Origin: a virus
Lineage: Duplodnaviria > Caudoviricetes
Reading direction: 5' to 3' (one strand)
Length of the DNA: 36,992 nt
Virus record (IMG/VR): IMGVR_UViG_3300011337_000091
Coordinates: 1 to 36,992 of that record
The notes under the pieces are model-generated. The model ran no database searches. It worked only from the letters and a program-made list of their open reading frames with translations, and had not been told where the DNA came from. The position numbers and the translations under genes are program-made. Position 1 is the stretch's first letter. Each line of letters starts with the position of its first letter. Positions 25,057 through 34,413 of the stretch are shown here, in pieces.

Positions 25057-28000
25057 ATGGCAAAGCAATACGAAATAGAAGGACCTAATAAAAAGATATA
25101 TACCGTTGATGCGCCTGACAACGCTACCGCAGAAGACGCATTTGCTTTTGTACAGCAACTAATAGACCAAGAAGCGGTTCACCAAGAAAAGACTGGGTTT
25201 GGACCCGCATTTAAAAAAGGTCTTATAACAGGTAAATCAGAGCTTGAGCTTGGTGCGGGGGTTGTTGCAGAAGAGCTAGGTTTTCCTCAAGCGGCAGAGA
25301 CACTTAAAGGGTATAGCGAGGAAGCGGCTAAAAAAGCACAAGAGGTTGCCGAACCGACAACTGAGGAAGACGTAAAAGCCGCAGAAGAACAAGGGTTTTT
25401 ATCTGGAATCAAAGCAAAAACTAATAAAGCTGTTGCTGAGAAAGTCGGTGAAGCCGGTGGGCGTTTTGTTGTGCCTATGGTGGCTGGTATTGTTGATGCT
25501 CCGATTGCTACAGCAGCGGCACTTGCTGGTGAGGTAGGTGCAGGGATAGGTGCGGCTAAAGAGGCAGGGGCGTCAAACAAAGCGGCAATAGCCGCAGGTC
25601 CAGTGCTCGGTGCTATAAGCACGTATGGTTTGCCTGGTACAGGTGCAGTAGCTAAGGCGGTTGCTGGAGATGTTGGTAAAACTGTATTAGGGTCAGCAAC
25701 TAAAAACGCTGCGGCTGGTGTAGCAACAGCAGTACCCGCGAGTATAGGCTACCAATCAGTGGTAAGCGCAGCGGCAGATAAACCGCAACCAACCCTTGAA
25801 GAAATGGGGGAGATAGCTAAAGACACCTCTATACCTGCAGCGGTATTAGGCGGGGTACATGGCGCGGCGCGGCGTATCACAACACCTAAAGAAAGAAACC
25901 CACTGATGCCAGACTATTTGGCAGAGAAAGTTGAAGCGCAAGAACCTGCTCCTATCCCAGAACCCACTGTTAAAGGTAAAGAAAAAGCAGCTACTATGGA
26001 GCTTGGCGCTAAACCTTTAACCGATGAAGGTATCATACATGACGCGGACTCGCTGACTAGAAACTTTGATTTAAAGAACGCAGAGAAAAGACACTATAAT
26101 ATCTGGGGTATTCGTAATGCAAACGGAGAGGGGTTTGCTCAGTATAAGTCACTTGATGACGGGTTAAATCATATTAACGGACTGCTTGAGCGTTACGAGA
26201 CAAAACACGGGGTTGATACACCAAATAAGCTTGCGCACCGTTATGCGCCACCAGAAGACAACAACGACACAACTGCTTATGCTAAAAATATTGCTGACCA
26301 CTTAGGTGTTGGGGTAAATGACAAAATACATTTAACAGACGATGCAACTCGTCAGAAAGCTATCTGGGCTATCACCCGTCAAGAAGGCATAGCAAAATTA
26401 AACAAATACGGTAACTATAAACCCTACGCTCCAGGAGAGAAACCCGTTCAGGAGGGTCAACCCACAGCAGAAGCTCCAGCACAACTTACACCAGAACAAA
26501 TTCGTGACCAGCTAGGTCTCGGTGAAAAGCACCCTGCATACAGCACACTTAAAGAATTGGACTTTGCTTCTGAAGAAGGGTTGGCGGACGTAGAAAGTGT
26601 TTTAAATGGGCTCAAAGAGACCGCTGGTAAAAAAGAAAGCATTACGGAAGATAAGGTTGGAGCAGTTGACGACATACTAAGTCAGCTTAAAACCAAGCCT
26701 AATGAGTTCGAAGCCGCTCAAGTTGAAGTAGATAACCTGCAAAAAGCCCATGAAGCTGACCCATCAACAGAGAGTTTTCAAAAACTTAACGCGGCAAAAG
26801 AGCAACTAGAAGCTAATAAGAAAGCCTCTGAGGTAAACACGCTACTTGATGAAGCCCTTGGTGAATCTGCGCAACCAAAGGTTGAGCCAGCTAAAGTTGA
26901 GCCAGCTAAGGTTGAGCCAGCTAAGGTTGAGCCAGTTAGAAACCCACTTATGCCTGACTATCTAGCGCAGAAAACTGCCCAGCCTGAAACTGCCCAGCCT
27001 GAACCAGCTAGAAACCCACTTATGCCTGACTATCTAGCGGCTAAAGGTAGAGAACAAGAAGGGTCAATTAGCACTGCTGAATCAGATTTACTTAGTAACC
27101 CAAGCACTGTCGTGCGTGACCCGGAGGGCAAACCAACATTTGTCCAGTCAGTTAAAGACTCAGTTAAAAACGCGGGTAAAAACCACGTAGATAAATGGCT
27201 TGGGCTAACTAAAATTAACGAAGTATATGGCGACTTTGTCGGAGACCAACTAAGTGCTTATTGGACTGGGCATGAGTTAGATAACATAGGCAGAATAATA
27301 CCTAGAGCACTTGAAAAAGGAGGGCTTAAAAAGCTGCCTGACGGACGTATAGAAGTTGTCGAACTGCCTATTACACTGCATGATGGTTCGACTAAAAATG
27401 CGTCAATTAGAAATATGCTCGACCTAGTAAAAAATGAAAAGGGTGGGCAGGATATTTGGAATGAGCTTCTATGGGTAACAAACGAAAAGCGAATGCTTGA
27501 AAAAAACCCACAGAATGCGAGTCTTCGTGCTACCAGAGACCCTGAAGGTTTTGCTAAGAAAGTACAAAATGTCGATACAATCCTTAAGAACAAGCATGTG
27601 TATCAAGATGCGCTGAATATGCTCAAAGAAGTGAATAAGACGCGAATTGATTTCCTTAAAGACACTGAGCAGCTTACCGATGATATGTATAAGTATTTTA
27701 TGGATAATGAGCTTTACGTACCAAACTATATGTTGCGTGATGAAGCATCGGATATGCTTGGCGCTTCAGGTAAAAAGACGACTATTGGCAACACAGCAAC
27801 TCGCGCCTTTAGAGAACGTACACCGTCAGACCACGACATCAACCCAATGGAGAATATTGCTAATGAATTTTTACGCTCCTATATTGGTGGTGCAAGAAAC
27901 AACCATAAAGTACAAACAGCATTGCAACTGCAAAAGATAGGTAAGGCAACTTATGTTGGTCGTACTAATATTAAAGGTAAACAAGGTAACTTTGGCGTTT

Positions 28001-29691
28001 TAAAAGGTGGTAAACGTGAGTTTTATCAGCTACACGACCCAACCGACTACCCAGTGATGGAGATTCTAAGTCAGAGCGTAAACCCTATTATGATAGCCTC
28101 TCGTGCTTCTGCTGGGATTATACGTACTGCGGCAACTAACACACCTAACTTCTGGTTACGTCAGATATTTATTGACCCGCTTGGCGCTTCAATGGTTAGT
28201 GATGTGGGTTGGGTAACACCCTTGCATACTATGTATCAGATTACTAAAGCACTAACAGGAAACAAAAAGACTCTTGACCGGCTTATGGACGCAGGGGTTG
28301 TTGGGCATATCGACCCAACGCTTGACCCACGAGACGCTCGTGCTTTCTATAAAGAAGTCGGTACACGCACTGTATCTAAAAGTGGTCTTGATAAGTTTAA
28401 AAGTAAAATACGTAGTGCTTCTGAGTATGCGCATATCTTAATTGACGGTGGTACGCGCTGTGCGGTGTATGAGAAAGCTTATGCCAAAGGCATCAAGAAA
28501 GGGATGTCGCCTGAGAAGGCAGATGGCTACGCTGTTATGAAAGCGCGTGAGGTTATTAACTTCGGTGTTAGTGGTAATGCAGAATCTCAAAGAATAGCCC
28601 GTCAGATGACGCCGTTCCTTGGGGCGAGTATTAATGCCATTGAAGTAATGCGAAGAAACATAACAATGGAGCACGTTAAACTTGAAGATAGAGCTGCTTA
28701 TCGCAAGCAGTTTATGAATAAGGTCTACACGGTAGGTATGCTCTCGGCGGTACACGCGCTCTATATGGCTGGCGACCCTGACTATGAAGAAGCTATGAAC
28801 AACTTCAAGTACAGCAAAGTGGCTATCCCTACGGGTAGTAAAGAAGATCCGTTGTTTGGTGCAGCTATCCCTCCTGATATGGCGTTCCTCTACTATATAC
28901 CTGCGCTTGTCGCGCAATACGCCACTGGTACAAAAGACAGCCATGAAGTATGGAAAATCATCAAAGACCAAGCGCTGACTATGATTCCTGGCGGTGTTGG
29001 TTATACAGGTGTTCCTGTCCCCCAAATTGCTAAACCAGCACTTGAGCTAGTGACGGGTAAATCATTCTTTACCGGCGAGGACATCGTACCTAAAGCAGAG
29101 CAGGGATTACCTCCGTGGGCGCAAGGGCAGTACACGGCAACGAAAACAAGTAAAGCAGTAGGTAGAATGTTTGATATATCTCCGCCTAGGCTCGATGCGT
29201 TTGTTAAGGGTTACTTGGGTTCGTTTGGGGATATAGCGCTCTGGGCAGTTGACGGGATGCTTGACGCTACAGGACTTGCAGATAATATTCAGAAACCTGA
29301 TAAACACTGGACACAAACGCCAGGTCTTGGACTGCAAAGCTCGTTTGGTACTTACTTAGCTAGCCAATCTGTTGAGGATATGTATGCACATAAAGAGAAA
29401 GCGGACAAAGCGCGTAAGCTCTACAATCAGTTAGGCTCGCAAGGTCAAGCTGGGCAAGAAGACTTTAAAAACTTTACGTCTGACCCAGAAAACATCAAGC
29501 TTGCGCAACTTGCTACCGTACTCGACAGATATGCTAAAAAAGAGTCTGACATTATGAAACAGATTCACACCTTGCAGAACAGTGACATTAGTAGCGCCGA
29601 GATGACCCGCCGCATTAAAGAGTGGAAAGAGCAACGAAACAACGTAGCTCAAGAAGCTGAGAAGTATTACGATAAAGTGATGGGTAAATAA
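25057..29691 (+). CDS. Large ejection protein with lysozyme-like domain and LPD38-like C-terminal region
   Basis: 1544 aa. About 26092-26388: N..GIR...F.QY....DG......L.RY...G.DT...LA.RYAP..DNNDT.AY...IA..LG...AI...EG. C-terminal A.E..NF...G.......PFL.A.I and P..EL..GKSFFTG..I patterns. Last late gene, as for T7 gp16-like genes. Confidence 0.72.
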   Translation: MAKQYEIEGPNKKIYTVDAPDNATAEDAFAFVQQLIDQEAVHQEKTGFGPAFKKGLITGKSELELGAGVVAEELGFPQAAETLKGYSEEAAKKAQEVAEPTTEEDVKAAEEQGFLSGIKAKTNKAVAEKVGEAGGRFVVPMVAGIVDAPIATAAALAGEVGAGIGAAKEAGASNKAAIAAGPVLGAISTYGLPGTGAVAKAVAGDVGKTVLGSATKNAAAGVATAVPASIGYQSVVSAAADKPQPTLEEMGEIAKDTSIPAAVLGGVHGAARRITTPKERNPLMPDYLAEKVEAQEPAPIPEPTVKGKEKAATMELGAKPLTDEGIIHDADSLTRNFDLKNAEKRHYNIWGIRNANGEGFAQYKSLDDGLNHINGLLERYETKHGVDTPNKLAHRYAPPEDNNDTTAYAKNIADHLGVGVNDKIHLTDDATRQKAIWAITRQEGIAKLNKYGNYKPYAPGEKPVQEGQPTAEAPAQLTPEQIRDQLGLGEKHPAYSTLKELDFASEEGLADVESVLNGLKETAGKKESITEDKVGAVDDILSQLKTKPNEFEAAQVEVDNLQKAHEADPSTESFQKLNAAKEQLEANKKASEVNTLLDEALGESAQPKVEPAKVEPAKVEPAKVEPVRNPLMPDYLAQKTAQPETAQPEPARNPLMPDYLAAKGREQEGSISTAESDLLSNPSTVVRDPEGKPTFVQSVKDSVKNAGKNHVDKWLGLTKINEVYGDFVGDQLSAYWTGHELDNIGRIIPRALEKGGLKKLPDGRIEVVELPITLHDGSTKNASIRNMLDLVKNEKGGQDIWNELLWVTNEKRMLEKNPQNASLRATRDPEGFAKKVQNVDTILKNKHVYQDALNMLKEVNKTRIDFLKDTEQLTDDMYKYFMDNELYVPNYMLRDEASDMLGASGKKTTIGNTATRAFRERTPSDHDINPMENIANEFLRSYIGGARNNHKVQTALQLQKIGKATYVGRTNIKGKQGNFGVLKGGKREFYQLHDPTDYPVMEILSQSVNPIMIASRASAGIIRTAATNTPNFWLRQIFIDPLGASMVSDVGWVTPLHTMYQITKALTGNKKTLDRLMDAGVVGHIDPTLDPRDARAFYKEVGTRTVSKSGLDKFKSKIRSASEYAHILIDGGTRCAVYEKAYAKGIKKGMSPEKADGYAVMKAREVINFGVSGNAESQRIARQMTPFLGASINAIEVMRRNITMEHVKLEDRAAYRKQFMNKVYTVGMLSAVHALYMAGDPDYEEAMNNFKYSKVAIPTGSKEDPLFGAAIPPDMAFLYYIPALVAQYATGTKDSHEVWKIIKDQALTMIPGGVGYTGVPVPQIAKPALELVTGKSFFTGEDIVPKAEQGLPPWAQGQYTATKTSKAVGRMFDISPPRLDAFVKGYLGSFGDIALWAVDGMLDATGLADNIQKPDKHWTQTPGLGLQSSFGTYLASQSVEDMYAHKEKADKARKLYNQLGSQGQAGQEDFKNFTSDPENIKLAQLATVLDRYAKKESDIMKQIHTLQNSDISSAEMTRRIKEWKEQRNNVAQEAEKYYDKVMGK
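26878..27039 (+). repeat. Repeat linker: (KVEPA)x4, (TAQPE)x2 and RNPLMPDYLA x2
   Basis: 15-bp AAGGTTGAGCCAGCT-like units; AGAAACCCACTTATGCCTGACTATCTAGCG at 26938 and 27010. Confidence 0.9.
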
Positions 29692-29712
29692 AAATGGGGG
29701 CGTTAAGCCCCC
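29690..29712 (-). terminator. Intrinsic terminator between convergent late and replication modules
   Basis: GGGGGC-GTTAA-GCCCCC with an A run on the left (U tail on - strand). Confidence 0.75.
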
Positions 29713-29717
29713 TGCTG

Positions 29718-32534
29718 TTAAACTAATTCGACATCGCCCACCTGAGAAGGCATATCGTCTATATAGAACTGCTCTGTGCGGACTTTAGTGCCTGGGCAGT
29801 TGGGTCCGTAAGCTAGGCGATATACACTAGAGCCTGAATAGATGCCTTTTTTCTTTGCGCTATCAATAAAGCCTTTGAACGGTATCTGCTTGTCCGCACA
29901 CCATCTGCGAAGCACTGATGAGCTAATAGACACCAGCCTTACATCTTGGTCATAACGCGCAACGACTTCTCTACTAGGGATAAAGGTGGGGTGCTTATCT
30001 AGTCCGTTAACCTGTCCTTGAAACCCTACAAAAATCTGACCGTTATAAATATTTAAGAAGTCACCGAGTATCGAGAGGCTAGTGTCTTTTTCTTCATTAA
30101 GCACGGACGAGGCGTTACCAATTGTAGCCGCTGCCCAGTTTTCGATGCTTTCAATATCTATGTTGTGCATACCACAGCGTTTTGCAATCTCAAGCCCTGT
30201 AATGGATACAGCGCAAGCGGCTGAGTAGAAGCGGTGCTTTTGTGAGAACTTAGCTTTAGCATCAAATCTAACCCGTGTTTCTTTATAAAGCTCTGTACAT
30301 TCTTCACGATTGCTGAGAATGTATTTAACAATAGCTTCTCCTGCAAAACCATAATTGAATCGAAGTACGTCTGTGTAGATATGGTCAGTCTCTTCTTTTG
30401 TCATGGAGTCATCAGGCTGAATATAAAGCTCCAGCACCCGCATCATCTCGCCTTCTGGAAGTGCTTTATGTGAGAGCAGTACATCGTATAAGCTGTTATT
30501 ACCTGACGTGATGCAAGGTAATTCCCAAGTCGTTCTGTTTTTACGTAGCGCGTTTACTTGAGCTTGCATTCTGTCACGACCTTTACCCTGCGTAATCATA
30601 TAAGCAATCGTACCAATCTCAGCAGGCGGCAAGTCAGTAATCTCGTCAACGCACATAGGCATATTTTTAAGAACACCCATAAACATCTGACGTGCAAGAA
30701 ACTTATCATCAAAACTCATCATGTTGCACTCTGGGTGTCCCCAGATACTGCCTATCATATGCTGAATAGTCGTCTTACCAACCCCAGAACGCTCGTTAGT
30801 TAAGTGAACTAGAAAACCTTTAATACCTGAGAATCGAACCAGCGGAGCGCCAAACCCTACGCCTAATGCAAAAGCACGTGCTTCATTGCCTTTCTTGCCA
30901 TATAGGTTAGCGATTCTTACCCACTCAGACAACTCACCAGCAGGGCGAAACTTATCTGCTATCTCTTGCGTTGATGATGAAGGTGGGCTGTAGCGTACAC
31001 CCTCTATGCTAATCTCTCTTGTACCAATAACAAAGCACTCGTCATCGTCATGCCACCCAAACTGCGCACGGGCTATCTCAGCTTCTTCTGTTTTTTGCAA
31101 GTGATGTACGTAGTTAGCTAGGTACTCCATGATGTTAGTCATTTTCTTATCCATCGCCGCAACACCTTTAGACGCTAGGATAACGCGAGCTTTATCACGA
31201 GACAGAATATCTTGCAGAGGAGCTACAAACTCTTCAACACCATCACGTGGCAAATGCAGTTTAATAAGCGCCATCTCACCTACTTCTTCATCTCTCAAAC
31301 GCTTTTCGACAAACAGGTCATTCTCGTAAATTAAAATATCTGTTTCGAGGTCAGCATCGGTTTCCCCATTCTTTGCAAGTGGTGTATTTTTCTTCATGTA
31401 CACGCCACCATTCTTACCACGAAAATAAGGCTTAGGGTATGTCGGGATAATAAACGTCGTATCTTCGTTAAGCCCTTTGTGCCTAGCCACTACGATATTA
31501 TCTTCTGGTGTTGCTTCAGGCACGTACATCCCAAGTCGAATGGGGCTGTTTAGTTTTCCCTTGTGTACGCAGGTGTCACAACGCTCAGCACCGAAAGAAC
31601 TTTGGAAAGTAGTACAGCGATGTGCCCCACCTTTAATCTTGTTTGCCTTTGCTTCTACTTCGTATGGGTCATAGTGCTCATACTGGCGAGACATTAAATG
31701 AATTGCTTTATCTCTATCTTCACAGAACTGAGCAACAGAAAGTGCGTCTCTCCACATAGGCTCAGACATATCGTTTTGGTGCGTATAAGCGTGAGCTAAT
31801 TGATTACAGCCATGCCCTTTTACACTCATACGCATAATTTTGGCGAAATTAGCTTTCTCTCCAAACGCTAACTTATCTGTTGGGTCATCACCTGTTGGGT
31901 CACCAAAAGAATAAACTGCTGTACCACCTGCAAAATCTAAACACCGCTTGAGAGACGAAAAGGAATTCGACTCGGATAATAGGGCTAGTCCAACATCTTT
32001 AGGGTTTGATGGAGACTTATAGTTTTTAGTCTGGGGTAATCTGAGTATTCTCGCCGCATCTCCTGTTATTCCCGCATCAATCTTAAACCCTACTGATAAG
32101 CAGACAGATTTTAGGTGGTCAGCAAAAGGCTTCCAATCGTTATATGATATTTCTTCTGTTAGTGTCCAGTAGCAATGCCAGCCATTGCCTGAGTTTATTA
32201 TTGTCGGGTAAGGTAAATTTACCCCTTCACAGAACGACATGATCGCATTGTAGCCCTGCTTTTGGTCTGGGTAATCTTTAGTAGGACCGCAGTCAACGTC
32301 TACCCAGAATGATTTAAAATACTTGGCATTAATTGCTAGTCTATTTTCGTTAGTCTGATACCTTGCAACCCCGAAGTAAACATCCTCTTCGCGAGCTAAT
32401 AATTTATCAGCGTGTGATACTGCCGCATCTACATCTTGAAAAAAGCTAGGGGACAAAACTCCTTTTTTAATGCCTACAATGCAGTAGTAACCCTGCTTGG
32501 CAGTAACGTGTTCTAAAAAGTCGCGCTTATCCAT
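29718..32534 (-). CDS. AEP primase fused to DUF927 / SF3 helicase
   Basis: FWVDVDCG (DxD), SGNGWHCYW, RILRLP.T.NYK; Cys cluster C..F...CDTC.H; QFGW; Walker A SGVGKT; Walker B CVDEIT; G.G..RM. Confidence 0.85.
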   Translation of the reverse strand: MDKRDFLEHVTAKQGYYCIVGIKKGVLSPSFFQDVDAAVSHADKLLAREEDVYFGVARYQTNENRLAINAKYFKSFWVDVDCGPTKDYPDQKQGYNAIMSFCEGVNLPYPTIINSGNGWHCYWTLTEEISYNDWKPFADHLKSVCLSVGFKIDAGITGDAARILRLPQTKNYKSPSNPKDVGLALLSESNSFSSLKRCLDFAGGTAVYSFGDPTGDDPTDKLAFGEKANFAKIMRMSVKGHGCNQLAHAYTHQNDMSEPMWRDALSVAQFCEDRDKAIHLMSRQYEHYDPYEVEAKANKIKGGAHRCTTFQSSFGAERCDTCVHKGKLNSPIRLGMYVPEATPEDNIVVARHKGLNEDTTFIIPTYPKPYFRGKNGGVYMKKNTPLAKNGETDADLETDILIYENDLFVEKRLRDEEVGEMALIKLHLPRDGVEEFVAPLQDILSRDKARVILASKGVAAMDKKMTNIMEYLANYVHHLQKTEEAEIARAQFGWHDDDECFVIGTREISIEGVRYSPPSSSTQEIADKFRPAGELSEWVRIANLYGKKGNEARAFALGVGFGAPLVRFSGIKGFLVHLTNERSGVGKTTIQHMIGSIWGHPECNMMSFDDKFLARQMFMGVLKNMPMCVDEITDLPPAEIGTIAYMITQGKGRDRMQAQVNALRKNRTTWELPCITSGNNSLYDVLLSHKALPEGEMMRVLELYIQPDDSMTKEETDHIYTDVLRFNYGFAGEAIVKYILSNREECTELYKETRVRFDAKAKFSQKHRFYSAACAVSITGLEIAKRCGMHNIDIESIENWAAATIGNASSVLNEEKDTSLSILGDFLNIYNGQIFVGFQGQVNGLDKHPTFIPSREVVARYDQDVRLVSISSSVLRRWCADKQIPFKGFIDSAKKKGIYSGSSVYRLAYGPNCPGTKVRTEQFYIDDMPSQVGDVELV

Positions 32535-32557
32535 AACGAACCTAAAAATTTGAGTAT

Positions 32558-32584
32558 AAAAAAGGGCGGCGCTTTGACCGCCCT
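32558..32584 (-). terminator. Intrinsic terminator after SSB-like gene
   Basis: On - strand AGGGCGG-TCAAAGCG-CCGCCCT followed by TTTTT. Confidence 0.8.
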
Positions 32585-32599
32585 CGCTTCACGGGTAGC

Positions 32600-33496
32600 T
32601 TAGTCTTCCCACTCTTCTAATAAGCTCTCGAGGTTAGCGGGTGTTTCTACTTTCTTAGCCGCTGATTCACGCTTTTTAGGTTCATCCACTGGCGCTTCAT
32701 CTACCTGAGCAACTGGCGCTTCTACTGCTTTTGGCTGAGGTCTTGCCACGGGGGTAGCAGCAGGTGCAGCACCTTTATCGAGCGCGGTTGGGTCTAAGTT
32801 AATGGCGTTAAGCGCATCGGTTGATTTGCCTTTTTCTTTTGTGAAGTAATACTCTTCTTCAGTTAAAGGACGCACCGCACGGAAAGCCAGCTTGGGTGTA
32901 GGTGAATTTGTGTCGAATCTCGCCTCTGTTACAACCCCTGAAATACGCACGTTGTTTGCTTTTAAGAATTGGGCATAAGCAATCAAAGGCAGTTTGCCAT
33001 TCTCACCTGAACCAAACAGAGATTGCGCCGGTACAACAAGCTGATACACATCCGCTTCTTCACGCATATCGTTCTCGAGCATAACAGCGAGTCTGCGACT
33101 AAAGCGGCAAGCTCTACTATTATTCGCGCCAGACCCCGCGATGTTTTGTGGGCAGGTAGCACAGGTAGCCGCTTGAGGTTCTTCAATGTTTGCATCAGGT
33201 TTTGTACCGTCAATACTCGAGCAGGTTGGGCGGAGTGCTTCACCTTCTACATAAGACTTCGAATAAAATGTTCTGGTATTATTAGGTGATGCGGCAACTA
33301 CGATGAAGTTCATTGAACGATCTTCATTCTTCGAAATTTCTTTTCCGTTAATCATCATGCGCCAAACGCCCCCTTTAATAGAGATACGTTTGTACTGGTT
33401 GCTATTACCCGCAAGAGTATCGGTTAAGTCGTCTGTTGCTTCTCTTAAGTATGCAGGTACGCTAGCGCCGTTTGAAAATAATGTCATGTTGCTCAT
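32600..33496 (-). CDS. Putative single-stranded DNA-binding / annealing protein
   Basis: RISIKGG.WR, P.C.S.DG..PD, C..CP.N..GSG...SRACRF.RRLAV; flexible linker and acidic aromatic C-terminal tail (LLEEWED); own terminator; replication cluster. Confidence 0.6.
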   Translation of the reverse strand: MSNMTLFSNGASVPAYLREATDDLTDTLAGNSNQYKRISIKGGVWRMMINGKEISKNEDRSMNFIVVAASPNNTRTFYSKSYVEGEALRPTCSSIDGTKPDANIEEPQAATCATCPQNIAGSGANNSRACRFSRRLAVMLENDMREEADVYQLVVPAQSLFGSGENGKLPLIAYAQFLKANNVRISGVVTEARFDTNSPTPKLAFRAVRPLTEEEYYFTKEKGKSTDALNAINLDPTALDKGAAPAATPVARPQPKAVEAPVAQVDEAPVDEPKKRESAAKKVETPANLESLLEEWED

Positions 33497-33511
33497 GTTA
33501 ATTCTCCAGTA

Positions 33512-33781
33512 TTAAATGTTGTCGTAATCTAAATTTTCTTCGTCAGTGTCGTGCGAATCTTGCTCGTCCACATCGTCATCTTCTTCTTTAGGTTCTTCCC
33601 CTAAATCTTTTTCAGCAAACCGATTAATGAAGTCCTCGATCTGCTCCTTGCTAAATCTATGCGATCTACCAAGTTTTACAGCTTTAATGTCACCGTTTCT
33701 TACGTATCTACGTACCGTTTCTGGGCATACTTGCAAGAAGCTTGCTAGTTGGTCTACGGTTAATAATTGTTCTTTATCCAT
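33512..33781 (-). CDS. Excisionase-like (HTH_17/MerR-type) DNA-binding protein with acidic tail
   Basis: LLTV.Q.A.FLQV..ETVRRYV..G.I.A.KLGR..RF....I..F. Confidence 0.8.
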   Translation of the reverse strand: MDKEQLLTVDQLASFLQVCPETVRRYVRNGDIKAVKLGRSHRFSKEQIEDFINRFAEKDLGEEPKEEDDDVDEQDSHDTDEENLDYDNI

Positions 33782-34175
33782 TTCGTGCTCTCACTACTCT
33801 AATTGTGTATCGACTATCAGAATTCAGCCCTTTAGGGACGCTCTCTGGGTTTTCGTTTAAAAATGATTTTATATTTCCCTGATGGATGCGTTGCTCCAGC
33901 AGGTTTACTGCGTCATGCTCCCTAATAAACTCATACATTGAAGCCCAGTCACTCGTCCAATAACGAGTATTAACAGACCTAGATACAGTACCAGCATTGG
34001 TACGCATACTTTCAACACCTGTGTCCCTACATATATCAAGCAGTTTTCCAGTCACCAATTCTAACTGTTCTTTAAGCCTGCCGTCTTCTTTTTCGTAATC
34101 TTTTTGAATCTGTGCCCGTTTATCTCTTATCTTTACATAGATTTCAACGAGCTTTTCCGCTGTTACACCAGTCAT
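33774..34175 (-). CDS. Conserved hypothetical phage protein (coiled coil plus small beta domain)
   Basis: Start reassigned to ATG 34175 after GGAGG; LV..Y.KIRD...S.RT..GTV.R....RYW..DW..MY.FI.E....LLE.RIHQ.N...FL.ENP...P.GL. Confidence 0.7.
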   Translation of the reverse strand: MTGVTAEKLVEIYVKIRDKRAQIQKDYEKEDGRLKEQLELVTGKLLDICRDTGVESMRTNAGTVSRSVNTRYWTSDWASMYEFIREHDAVNLLEQRIHQGNIKSFLNENPESVPKGLNSDSRYTIRVVRARNG

Positions 34176-34236
34176 AAATGCCTCCAATTAAACCACCCCG
34201 TTTCGTGGGGGAACCGTATCTTTCAACGATGGTGTT

Positions 34237-34265
34237 ATTATATCGATACTTTAGGCTACTGTCAA
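34237..34265 (-). promoter_or_regulatory. Perfect consensus sigma70 promoter
   Basis: On - strand TTGACA (34265-34260), 17 bp, TATAAT (34242-34237), about 60 bp upstream of the 34175 start. Confidence 0.9.
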
Positions 34266-34275
34266 CTATTATTTA

Positions 34276-34404
34276 CTACTTATCTTCTTCGTCATCGTCC
34301 CAACCTTGAAGCTCCTTAGCAAACATATACAAGACAACAAGTGATGCAATTAGCACCCCCATAGCAAGTATAGTTAGTATGGGTAGTATAGTAAGAATTG
34401 GCAT
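34276..34404 (-). CDS. 42-aa single-pass membrane protein (not in ORF track)
   Basis: GGGAGG RBS; MPILTILPILTILAMGVLIASLVVLYMFAKELQGWDDDEEDK*. Confidence 0.7.
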   Translation of the reverse strand: MPILTILPILTILAMGVLIASLVVLYMFAKELQGWDDDEEDK

Positions 34405-34413
34405 TAAGCCTCC

